Shown here: positions 35,231 through 43,600 of the stretch, one piece after another | How positions within the stretch are numbered: position 1 is the first letter of the stretch | How the letters are laid out: every line of letters starts with the position of its first letter | From: a virus | DNA: 64,000 bases | IMG/VR virus record: IMGVR_UViG_3300046535_000406 | Coordinates: 1-64,000 of that record | Strand: one strand, 5' to 3' | Made by a program: the position numbers and the translations under genes | Notes under the pieces: generated by a model | What the model was told of the DNA's origin: nothing | Databases searched by the model: none | What the model saw: only the letters and a program-made list of their open reading frames with translations

Positions 35231-37498
35231 TCAGGCGTTCATGCGGGAGGCGATGGACGCCTCCGCGCTGGCCGATGACTTGCTCGTCGCCGGAGCGCCA
35301 GCGGGGGTGCCCGTGTCCTTCGCCTCGCGAAGCGGGACATCCTCGTGGCCCATGCGCCGGTCGATGTCGCCTTCCATGGACTCGCGCAGGCTCTTGGGCT
35401 TGTCTGCCTCACCGGCAGCGCCCAGACCCCGGACGAGTGACGGACGCCGGATGCCGGTGGCCTCGGCGACCTTGCGGAAGCCCGCAATCTCGCGCTCGAC
35501 CTCGGTGCCCAGTGCGTCGTCGTCGGCGTAGCCGAAGCCTTCACCGACAGCCGACTCGCGGAAGCGATCGGCGATGTATTCCCGCGCCGGGCGCGGCAGG
35601 TCGCTCTCGGAGAGCATCGAGGTCACGAGCGCATTGGCCCGGCCCTTGGCCTCGACTGCGGCCTCCTTGACCTTCATCTCGGCAAGCTCGCGCTTCAGGG
35701 CGTCGAACTCCTCGCGAGAGGCGAACCCGGACTCGGCCACCTTGGCGTCTTCGGCCTTGGCCTCATCCTTGGGAGCAGCTGCGTCGTCGGCCTTCGCCTC
35801 GGTCTTCGCGGCTTCCTTGGGCTCACCCGCCTTGGGCTGCTCGTCTTCGTCGTCTGCCTCGCGGATGGCGAGATACAGGTCTGGCGCGGCCTCCCGCAGC
35901 TGCGCCGGTGTCATCTGCGCGATGTCGGCCATTTCCATCTCCTCGTAGTCGGCTTCAGCGAAGTCAATCGACCCGCCTGCACCTGCTTCGGTGACCCAGT
36001 CGATGCTGTTGATGTGCGCGATCGACTCCACGATCTGCGCGTCGCGGTTGCCCACTCGACCAGCGCGTGCCTTGCCCTTACCGAGCACGGAGAACGCCAC
36101 CTGATCGGGTGCGGCCTTCCACTTCGCGTAGACCCCGTCATCGATCACCTGAACACGGGAGCGCGGGACGCCACGGGTGTGGTCCCACTTCGTCTCCCGG
36201 ATGACGCCTACCCAGTCACGCACGTCACGCTCGGGGCGTTCGCCCTCCTCGCGACGGGTGGGATGGTTGGCGTACATCTTGCGTCCGTTGAACACGCCTG
36301 AGTCCACGGCCTCGCGGACGGAGTCCGTCGGGTAGTACCGCTTGTCACGCGAGTTGCCGAAGCCCGGTTTGATCGGGGTGATCCAGACCTCGTGCTTGGC
36401 GTCATCGAACTCGGCACCGGCCTCGGCCAGCGTCACGAGTGCATCGCCACCGCCGGACGACTCGTGGAAGCGCACGTCCTCGGGCTTTGACTCGGTGTCG
36501 GTGATGGAGAAGGACTCCTTCACCTGCGACACCGGCAGGTCGGGCTCCTTGCCCTCATCGTCGGCCCAGTTGGGGTCGTTCTTCATGTCGCAGGACGCCC
36601 CGGCCTTCATCAGGGCATCGTGGGCGCCTTGGATCATGCCCTGATCGGCTGCGCTGTTGCGCTTGCCGACCTCGGCCAGAGTCACGTCAACTGCCACGTC
36701 CATGGCCTCCTTCAGTCCCGTCAGGTAGCCACCACGGTCAGCGATTTCAGAGATGGCTTGCGCGTCGCCCTTGTCGGCGAGCATGAACAGAACGCTGTCG
36801 GACACGTGGTGGTAGGGATTGGAGTCGTCGCGAGACGACTGGGGACGCGAGTTGGTCAGGTCGCTGGCCTTGCCGCCGTACCGGGCGAACCGCTCCTCCG
36901 CCGACAGCATCTGCCCGGCGTCCTGCCCAGTGCTGGGCGGAATGTCACTGACGGGGACGGCGTCCTTGCGGCTGATCTTGAGTGCACCGATGTGCGCGAC
37001 CTCGTGGTAGCCGGGCGTGCCCTCTTTCGCGGCGGCCTTCGCTTCGAGCCCCGAGTAGAGCTTGCTCGCCGCCTCGGCGCGGTTCGCCATCGGACCGCCC
37101 GGGTGCCCGCCGGATGACGCTGAGCCGCCCTCCCAAGCGCCATAGAAGTGATCGCCCTCGTCCAGCGGCACCTCACTGGCCTCACGGAGGGTGCGATCCC
37201 ACTCGCCGGTGACCGCGTCGGCCTCACGGATGGAGTCCGGGTACTCGTCCGGGCTCTTGCCCCACTTCTTGTAGCCCTGCCGGAGCTTGGCTTTGACGGC
37301 CCCCATGGCCGCGTCGGGGATGTCGGCCTGCTGCCCTCGGAACCCGCCAGCTGAGAGTGCGGCAGCTGCGCCGGGGAGGTGGTCAGGATCAGGTGCGCCA
37401 GTCGCTGTGAGGTACGGCAGCTTCCACGTGGAGGGATCGGCTGACGGCGCGTAGGCGTAAGCCTTGCGCGGGAGCCCATCCTTCATCTGGTCGGCCAC
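35231..37498 (-). CDS. prohead protease (T4 gp21-like) fused to scaffold, with N-terminal accessory domains and one tag
   Basis: RYYP...MYANHP...AFSV...SIDWVTEAGAGG (His/Ser/Asp); Ala/Glu/Lys-rich C-terminal scaffold; GTG at 37498 with GGAGGG RBS. Confidence 0.85.
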   Translation of the reverse strand: MADQMKDGLPRKAYAYAPSADPSTWKLPYLTATGAPDPDHLPGAAAALSAGGFRGQQADIPDAAMGAVKAKLRQGYKKWGKSPDEYPDSIREADAVTGEWDRTLREASEVPLDEGDHFYGAWEGGSASSGGHPGGPMANRAEAASKLYSGLEAKAAAKEGTPGYHEVAHIGALKISRKDAVPVSDIPPSTGQDAGQMLSAEERFARYGGKASDLTNSRPQSSRDDSNPYHHVSDSVLFMLADKGDAQAISEIADRGGYLTGLKEAMDVAVDVTLAEVGKRNSAADQGMIQGAHDALMKAGASCDMKNDPNWADDEGKEPDLPVSQVKESFSITDTESKPEDVRFHESSGGGDALVTLAEAGAEFDDAKHEVWITPIKPGFGNSRDKRYYPTDSVREAVDSGVFNGRKMYANHPTRREEGERPERDVRDWVGVIRETKWDHTRGVPRSRVQVIDDGVYAKWKAAPDQVAFSVLGKGKARAGRVGNRDAQIVESIAHINSIDWVTEAGAGGSIDFAEADYEEMEMADIAQMTPAQLREAAPDLYLAIREADDEDEQPKAGEPKEAAKTEAKADDAAAPKDEAKAEDAKVAESGFASREEFDALKRELAEMKVKEAAVEAKGRANALVTSMLSESDLPRPAREYIADRFRESAVGEGFGYADDDALGTEVEREIAGFRKVAEATGIRRPSLVRGLGAAGEADKPKSLRESMEGDIDRRMGHEDVPLREAKDTGTPAGAPATSKSSASAEASIASRMNA
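37100..37159 (-). repeat. tag copy 1 (in protease)
   Basis: EGDHFYGAWEGGSASSGGHP. Confidence 0.95.
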
Positions 37499-37592
37499 GG
37501 ACCGCCCTCCACAGGTGCACGCCTGAAACGGCGTCTGCAACGACTGGGAGGGGCCGGGCTTACGCCTTCGGCTGACCTACTTCCGGGATCGC

Positions 37593-37622
37593 AGTCTAGC
37601 GATGCTGATAACACTGCGTCAA
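37593..37622 (-). promoter_or_regulatory. sigma70-like promoter TTGACG-18-TAGACT upstream of the head genes
   Basis: Intergenic, ~95 nt upstream of the protease start. Confidence 0.55.
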
Positions 37623-37635
37623 TCAGGAACGCGCA

Positions 37636-38088
37636 CTACTGGCGTAGGACGACCTCGACTGGCGCTCGACGTGGGCTGAATGATCGCCCACAACCTTCCA
37701 TTCCGCAACGGAACACGGGGTGGAGGACCGATGCGTACTTGCGCGGGATGATCGCCGGGGTGATCTTCTGACGAGGAATGGGCACCTCGTCCCACGGACA
37801 TATCAGCGGCTCGGGGATCGGCGGCAGCGCGCTCGGTTGTATCGGACCGGCCACCTCCACGATCAGGCCACCACGCGGGCTGAAGTGCTTCCCGCACATG
37901 CCACAGCGGATGATGTCGTTCAGAAGCTCGGCCCAGTTGGGCGGCTTGGTGATCATGCTGCTGAGCCGGATCGGGATGATCCGCTCGCAGAAGGGGCAGA
38001 CCCAGCGGTTCTGGTAGACCGGGACGGTCAGGTCTTGGGGCTGGTCCTCGGACTCGGCGTCAGGCTTGGGGTTGACGACTGCTGCCAC
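37636..38088 (-). CDS. double zinc-ribbon protein
   Basis: CPFC...CGMCGKHFSPR and CPWD...CGMEGCGRSFSPR; start uncertain. Confidence 0.7.
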   Translation of the reverse strand: MAAVVNPKPDAESEDQPQDLTVPVYQNRWVCPFCERIIPIRLSSMITKPPNWAELLNDIIRCGMCGKHFSPRGGLIVEVAGPIQPSALPPIPEPLICPWDEVPIPRQKITPAIIPRKYASVLHPVFRCGMEGCGRSFSPRRAPVEVVLRQ

Positions 38089-38204
38089 GAGGGCAAGCCT
38101 ACAACCCGCCGGGCACGAGCGCGGGCTTCTTCCTCGGTGGTGACGAAGCCGATGCGCAGCCGCCGGGCGATCGCCAGCAACTCCTCGGGCGGTCGTTCGA
38201 TCAT
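38028..38204 (-). CDS. small hypothetical protein (58 aa)
   Basis: ATGA overlap with the upstream gene. Confidence 0.4.
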   Translation of the reverse strand: MIERPPEELLAIARRLRIGFVTTEEEARARARRVVGLPSWQQSSTPSLTPSPRTSPKT

Positions 38205-38584
38205 CCGACGGCCCAGCGGCGGGTCCACAGCACGATCCCGCCACCCACCATGAAGGTGGCGTCGGCCAGCGGGGGAGCGCCGACCGGCTGGGAGAAGAAC
38301 AGTTCCACACCTTCCGTGGTCGCCTCCGCCGCCACTCCCCCAGCCCGCTCGAATGCCTTCGCGGCCTTGCGGTTCATGCGCGCCCGGACTTGGATGGAGC
38401 CGGGCTGCCACGTGGCGTCAATGACCCTCCCCACCCGCTCGCCAGACTCGAACACTGCCACGCCAGACATCGAGGAGGCGTTCGCCGGAGTGAGGTGCGC
38501 CAACTCCTCCCTGTCTTCGATGACGAAGGTCACGATGGGGTCGAGCGACCGAGGCCGCTTGTGCCGCTGCATCGGATTGGTCAT
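38201..38584 (-). CDS. hypothetical protein (127 aa)
   Basis: ATG at 38584 (ATGA overlap) with GGAGG RBS. Confidence 0.6.
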   Translation of the reverse strand: MTNPMQRHKRPRSLDPIVTFVIEDREELAHLTPANASSMSGVAVFESGERVGRVIDATWQPGSIQVRARMNRKAAKAFERAGGVAAEATTEGVELFFSQPVGAPPLADATFMVGGGIVLWTRRWAVG

Positions 38585-38991
38585 GCCTTCGCCTCCGGCC
38601 CGATGATGGCGGGCACTGGACGGGAGACGAACGACGCCACGCTGGCTGGCCGGTAGCTGGTCAGGGCGTCGCCGCTCAGGCCCAGCACGAGTGAGGCGTA
38701 GAGCAGGTCGATGGTCGGCTGCATGTTCGCAGCTGGCACTTCCTCGATCCACAGGTCCTGCCCGTTCGACAGGGCGTCAAGCGAGTAGCCGATCCAGTCT
38801 TCCCATGTCCCACGGACCGTCTCGCCCTCGGGGATCGGCGGCTTGGCGTTCTCGATGATCGTCTGGACCATGGTCGTCAGGACGCCGGGCAGGAAGCGCG
38901 CAGCGAGCGCGATCTTGGTTCCCTGCCACACGCCGACGGGCTTCCACGTGCCGGTGCCCTGTCGGAGGTACTGCAACGCGGCCCTAGACAT
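38581..38991 (-). CDS. hypothetical protein (~136 aa)
   Basis: MSRAALQYLRQG...; overlaps both neighbours; globular composition. Confidence 0.6.
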   Translation of the reverse strand: MSRAALQYLRQGTGTWKPVGVWQGTKIALAARFLPGVLTTMVQTIIENAKPPIPEGETVRGTWEDWIGYSLDALSNGQDLWIEEVPAANMQPTIDLLYASLVLGLSGDALTSYRPASVASFVSRPVPAIIGPEAKA

Positions 38992-39289
38992 CGTCATCCA
39001 CCGGGGCGTCCCAACTCGTGCCCGAGCTTCCCGGGATGCTGAGCACCATCTCACTCACCCCGGCGCAGATCAGCGTCAACGCACCCTCCGCCGCTCTCTC
39101 CTGCTCGGCCACCGTCTTCGGCGGCCATGAGGGCACGTCGTCCAGCGGAGGGGAGAGCCGGAAGACCGCCTCTGCCTCGCACGAGTCGTGCTTGACCTCC
39201 GGTCCGTGTTCGCCGGGGCAGAACTGGACGCTGACGATCACGGCGATGCTCAGCTTTGCGCCGCTGTGGACCTCGGTGCGCTCACTCAC
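38984..39289 (-). CDS. hypothetical protein (101 aa)
   Basis: Part of an overlapping gene chain; C..H....H..C cluster. Confidence 0.55.
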   Translation of the reverse strand: MSERTEVHSGAKLSIAVIVSVQFCPGEHGPEVKHDSCEAEAVFRLSPPLDDVPSWPPKTVAEQERAAEGALTLICAGVSEMVLSIPGSSGTSWDAPVDDDV

Positions 39290-39554
39290 CGAACGGTCCC
39301 GGGACTCGGCGCACGGTGCGACCGTCCATGCGGATCACCACCTCGTCTCTCACTGGGTTGGGCACTGGACGGAAGAAGTCTCGCAGGCCGCGCTCGATGG
39401 CCTCGTCAACCGTGACCACCTCCGCGCTCGCCGGAGCGTCGAGTGGTTCACCCATGGCTTCGAGCCGCCTCACGGCGATCGCCGCCTCGTGTGGCGAGTC
39501 GGTCTGGTGGGCCATCGCCCGGAGCTTGGCGATGCGGGCCTGACGATCAGACAT
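39282..39554 (-). CDS. DUF2786-like protein (90 aa)
   Basis: RIAKLRAMAHQTDSPHEAAIA. Confidence 0.6.
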   Translation of the reverse strand: MSDRQARIAKLRAMAHQTDSPHEAAIAVRRLEAMGEPLDAPASAEVVTVDEAIERGLRDFFRPVPNPVRDEVVIRMDGRTVRRVPGPFGE

Positions 39555-39723
39555 GGGGCTTGGTCCACGTGAGCGGCGGCTCGGGCGCCCGCTGGCGCGG
39601 CCTGTTGATGGACACGCCCATGGCTGCCAGCGCAGCCTTCGCTGCCCGGGCCTCGTGGGGCGACTTCGTCTGCTCGGCCATGGCTCGCAGCTTAGCGATC
39701 CGGGCGGAGCGGTCAGCTGCCAT
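39547..39723 (-). CDS. DUF2786-like protein (58 aa), tandem paralog
   Basis: RIAKLRAMAEQTKSPHEARAA. Confidence 0.6.
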   Translation of the reverse strand: MAADRSARIAKLRAMAEQTKSPHEARAAKAALAAMGVSINRPRQRAPEPPLTWTKPHV

Positions 39724-39815
39724 GGAGGCGGTCCCGGTTGACGCGAAGCGCATCCACGCATTCGGTGGCGTCCTTCAGCAGCACTTCGAGGTGCGCAATG
39801 ATCTGGATGATCCGC

Positions 39816-40019
39816 TCAGCCTGATCGGGCGCGGCTGGCTTGCTGGGTGGCTTCTGCGAGCATGATCGCAGCCTTAGCACGGTCCCTCCATCCCGGGTCC
39901 ATCGCCCAGACCCCGAGGCGCTGTTTCGCCTGCGACACGGTGCAACCGTGCAGCCGGGCGTATCGATCGAGCAGCGTGGCGTCACCGAGCCCCAGCAGGC
40001 TCTTGGGATCAGCTGCCAT
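39816..40019 (-). CDS. small hypothetical protein (67 aa)
   Basis: Overlaps the upstream gene end; helical. Confidence 0.5.
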   Translation of the reverse strand: MAADPKSLLGLGDATLLDRYARLHGCTVSQAKQRLGVWAMDPGWRDRAKAAIMLAEATQQASRARSG

Positions 40020-40296
40020 TCATCACCGCCAACTTCCTTGCCTCCCTTCTGGTCCTCTCGTGGGTTGCCTTGGTCACGGTCCGAGCCACTTGGGGCTCGA
40101 ACACGTCTAGGAGCCTTGCCGGGATGGGGTCGTCCGAGGCGACCGCCCGGACGTTGCCCTCCCTGTCGATCCATGCCGCAACGAACGCATCCGCCGTGAT
40201 CGTCTCCGGGTCACCGGGCTCGGGCACGATCGTCCGGCCACATTCGCCACAGTGATCCACGTCATCGGTGTCAAGGACCACGAGCCGCAGGCTCAT
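40009..40296 (-). CDS. hypothetical protein with CxxC (95 aa)
   Basis: ATGA overlap; HCGECG. Confidence 0.55.
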   Translation of the reverse strand: MSLRLVVLDTDDVDHCGECGRTIVPEPGDPETITADAFVAAWIDREGNVRAVASDDPIPARLLDVFEPQVARTVTKATHERTRREARKLAVMNGS

Positions 40297-40616
40297 GCGC
40301 CCTCGCTCTCGACGCCACTGGCGTAGAAGCCGATCCAGTAAGCCATGGCCTCGTTGATGTCCTGAGTGATCGCCTCATCGGTGTGGCGGTCCACAATCTC
40401 GATCGCCTCGCGGTCGGAGGCGCCCATGGCGAGCGTCCAGAGCAGCATCGGGTGGCGCGGACCCAGCGCGTTGCGGGCGATCAGGAACAGGCGCAGACGG
40501 CGCGACTGGTCCTGCTTGGGGATCGACCAGAAGCGTTGCGGCGGCTCCTCATGGTCGATCAGTTGGAGGAACGGATCAGGGTCCGGGAAGGTGCGCGGCG
40601 GCACGGTAGGAAGCAT
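40293..40616 (-). CDS. hypothetical protein directly downstream of the giant MuF protein (candidate immunity/partner)
   Basis: 107 aa; role inferred from position only. Confidence 0.55.
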   Translation of the reverse strand: MLPTVPPRTFPDPDPFLQLIDHEEPPQRFWSIPKQDQSRRLRLFLIARNALGPRHPMLLWTLAMGASDREAIEIVDRHTDEAITQDINEAMAYWIGFYASGVESEGA

Positions 40617-40668
40617 GAAGCTAACCGGCGCTCAGAGCTATTGTTCCCGCTCCGTACATCGTACTTCC

Positions 40669-43600
40669 TCACCAGCCGCTGGACGTGCTGTTCTGGACCA
40701 CCGGGCCGCTGTAGTTCTTGGTGTATTCCCACGGGTCCATGCCCGCCTTCCGGGCTTCGTTGTTCCACATGCTGCCGTCGTACTTGGACAGCCGGATGAT
40801 CTGGGGCAGCTGAAGGTCGCGGGCGATGATTTCGCGCTCGCCCTCGGTGGACTGGAACCAGCTGGGGTTGACGAAAGAGGTGGCGTAGAAGTTTTCGAGG
40901 TTCATCTTGGCCGTGATCATCACGCCCGCGTCCTGCACGAAGCCCGCGCTCAGGCCCAGCGAGCCGCCGCGACCTGACGGGTAGCCCAGCCTGCTGAGTC
41001 GTTCGTAGTACGCCTGCGCATCCGTCGTGTCGGCGACGTTGCGCACCCACAGCCACGTGCCGGTGGCCGGGTCGTAGGCGTTGCGAATGTCCTTGATCCA
41101 CTGGACGCTGCTGTTCTCGTAGCGCGGGTCGAAGGTGGCATGGAGCACGGCCCACTGGTTGATCTTGGAGGCGTAGGCGTAGGCATCGGCGTCCGTCTTG
41201 GAGGCGATGAGCCCGGCACCGTAGGTGCGAGCCGAACCCATCTTCTCGACCGTCTTCTCGCCCGACATGCCGCTGCCGGAGTAGCTATGCACGTATCCGA
41301 GGGCTTCCTGCATGGACGACTTGCTCGGGCGACCCGGCACGTCGGAACTCGGGTCCAGTAGTCGCCGCGCCTCCTTCAGGGGATCGGTGGTCGGCGACGG
41401 CAGCAGGTCGCGGTCCCACTCGGCCATCTTGTCGATGTGCTGCTCGTCGTACGTCAGTTGGAGCCGGAAGACGCCGCCGTCCTGAAGCAGCCAGTCACGC
41501 CACGACTGCGGCACATCGGCGCCCTTGGGACCGGCCATGGCAGCCTTGACTTCACTCGCGAAGAAGGTCTGGTAGTCGCCGCGCACTTGGTTCTTGCGCA
41601 GCAGCGCGGCCTCGCGGAAGGCGTCGTACGACTTCTGGCGCAGGCCCTTCCAGTCGTTCAGCACCGGCTGAATGATCTGTAGGAACTGCTGGTCCGACAT
41701 GGCTTCGAGGTGGCCCAGCGTGCGGGCGATGGCCTTGGGATCGACGTTCGCCAGCAGGGCCGGGTTCTTCCGGGCGTCGCGCCAGAACATGCTCCACATG
41801 GGCAGCAGGCCCATCTCGCCGCCCTGCCCCTCGTTGGCCGGGTCCAGCGTGTCGAACTTGCCGCCCATGCCCACCCAAGAGCGCGTCTTGTCGATGCCCC
41901 AGAGGTGGCCGTCGCTCTGGGACACCATCCAGTTGCCGATGTGGGCGTCGTCGTTGGCCGTCAGCCAGTCAAGGACCGACTGCTGGAAGAACTCGGTCGT
42001 CTGGTCTGGCGTCAGTTCGCCGGGGCTCTTTACGTGCTCGATGTCCGGCACGAGCTTCTGAAGCGCGCCGTTGGTCATCTTGCCGTTGATTTCGAGGGTG
42101 TATTGCTTCACCGGCGGCGTGCGCAGGTCGAGCAGCCCAGCCAGCTGGTTCACGGCCACGTCGGTGCGCGCTCCGCGACCAGAGGCACCGATCTTGAACA
42201 TCCACTCGTTGCCCTGCGAGTCAATGAAGGCGGCCTTGGGCGACTGGCCGCCGAGCCCCTTGGCGCTGAGCAGCTTCAGGTCCTGCGGCACCGGCCAGAT
42301 GGTTGGAGCCACGATCGGGGTCGCGACCGTCCCGGCGGCGGAGGACGCGCCCATCTCGGCTTCGATGTCCTGCCGCATCATGTTGGCCCGGTCGGCGGTC
42401 ACCCTGATCCATGCGCGGCTCGTGGTGGCCGCTTCGGCGCCCTTGTAGCGCAGCAGCAGGTCACGCAGAGCCGGGTTGGCGCTCAGCACCTGCTGGTCCA
42501 CTTCGAGCACGGTGCCGGGCGTGGCAGCGATGTTGGAGAGCAGCGAGTGGAGCATCCGGACGGTGGAGGCGGTGACCTCGGCCTCGGTCGTGCCGGAGGC
42601 GATCGTCAGGTTGGTCCATTCCATGATCGGCCCGGTGCGCAGCCACTCGGCTTCGACCTTGCCGCCCGCCCAGCTGGACACGGCTCGCAGGCCGTTGGCG
42701 CGGATCGTCTCGCCCCCGGCCAGCCACAGGTTGTCGGGGGTTCCGCCCATGATCTTGATGGGCTGGTTGGCGAGCACGCCCTTGGGCAGGTCCACCAGCT
42801 GGGGAGGCTTGGGGATCGCCGCGAGGACTTGCCCCTGAAGGAGCGGGTCTTCGGTGTTGGCGAGCAGCGCGTTGGCGAGCGTTTCAGCCTGCGGCCCTTC
42901 GAGCCTGACGCCGGGACCCAGTGCGTCGAAGAAGCCACCGCCCTGCCCCTCGGCAGGCCGGACCCTGAAGTCCGTGCCGCCCGCACGCAACAGCAGGTCC
43001 TTCATGCCCGGGTGCGCGTCGAGGACCGCGTCGATCACGTACAGGCGGGAGGCGGCCATCACGTTGCCGTCTTCGTCCACGCGCTGGGCCGTCTTCTGTG
43101 CGAGGTCCAGCAACTCGGACCACGTGGCGTCGTTGACTTCCTTCGCGGTGGCACCCAAGCTCTCGGCGCCGACCAAGCTCACCAGCGATCCCGTGGTGCT
43201 GACGGCGTACAGGGTCTTGACTTGGTTGCCGCCCGACACGGTGTACGTGGCTGTCTGGATCGTCTGTGGCAGCTTCGTCCCGGGCACGATCTGCTGGGGA
43301 CCCGGGAGCGCCGCCTCGGACGCACCGAGGTGGTGGGTCGCGATCATCTCGGAGTGGTCGTAGCCCAGCAGGGTGTCGAGCCGGGAGGACGCGGGGATCA
43401 GCGGACCCTGAGCTACCTGCGACAGGGACTGGGCGCTGACCGGCGGCACGTAGAGCGGGCTGTTGGGCGTGATCAGCTTGGCGTTCGGGACGTAGGGCAC
43501 GATCGGTGCCGCCTTCAGGGCGCCCGGCACCATGGTCACCGGCGTGCCGTCTTCGAGCTTCACGCTGACCGTGCTCATGGTCGTGGAGGTGACGGTGCCG

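Noticed and set aside
25554-37159. Tag-coding DNA repeats as a CRISPR array or DNA-level repeat element
   Set aside because: Spacing is irregular (hundreds to thousands of nt), all copies are in frame within ORFs, and core variation is mostly synonymous.
39713-39880. Possible overlapping short ORF ending ...AERIIQIIAHLEVLLKDATECVDALRVNRDRLHGS
   Set aside because: Plausible coiled coil filling a gap, but the start is unclear and it overlaps 39816-40019; too weak to list.
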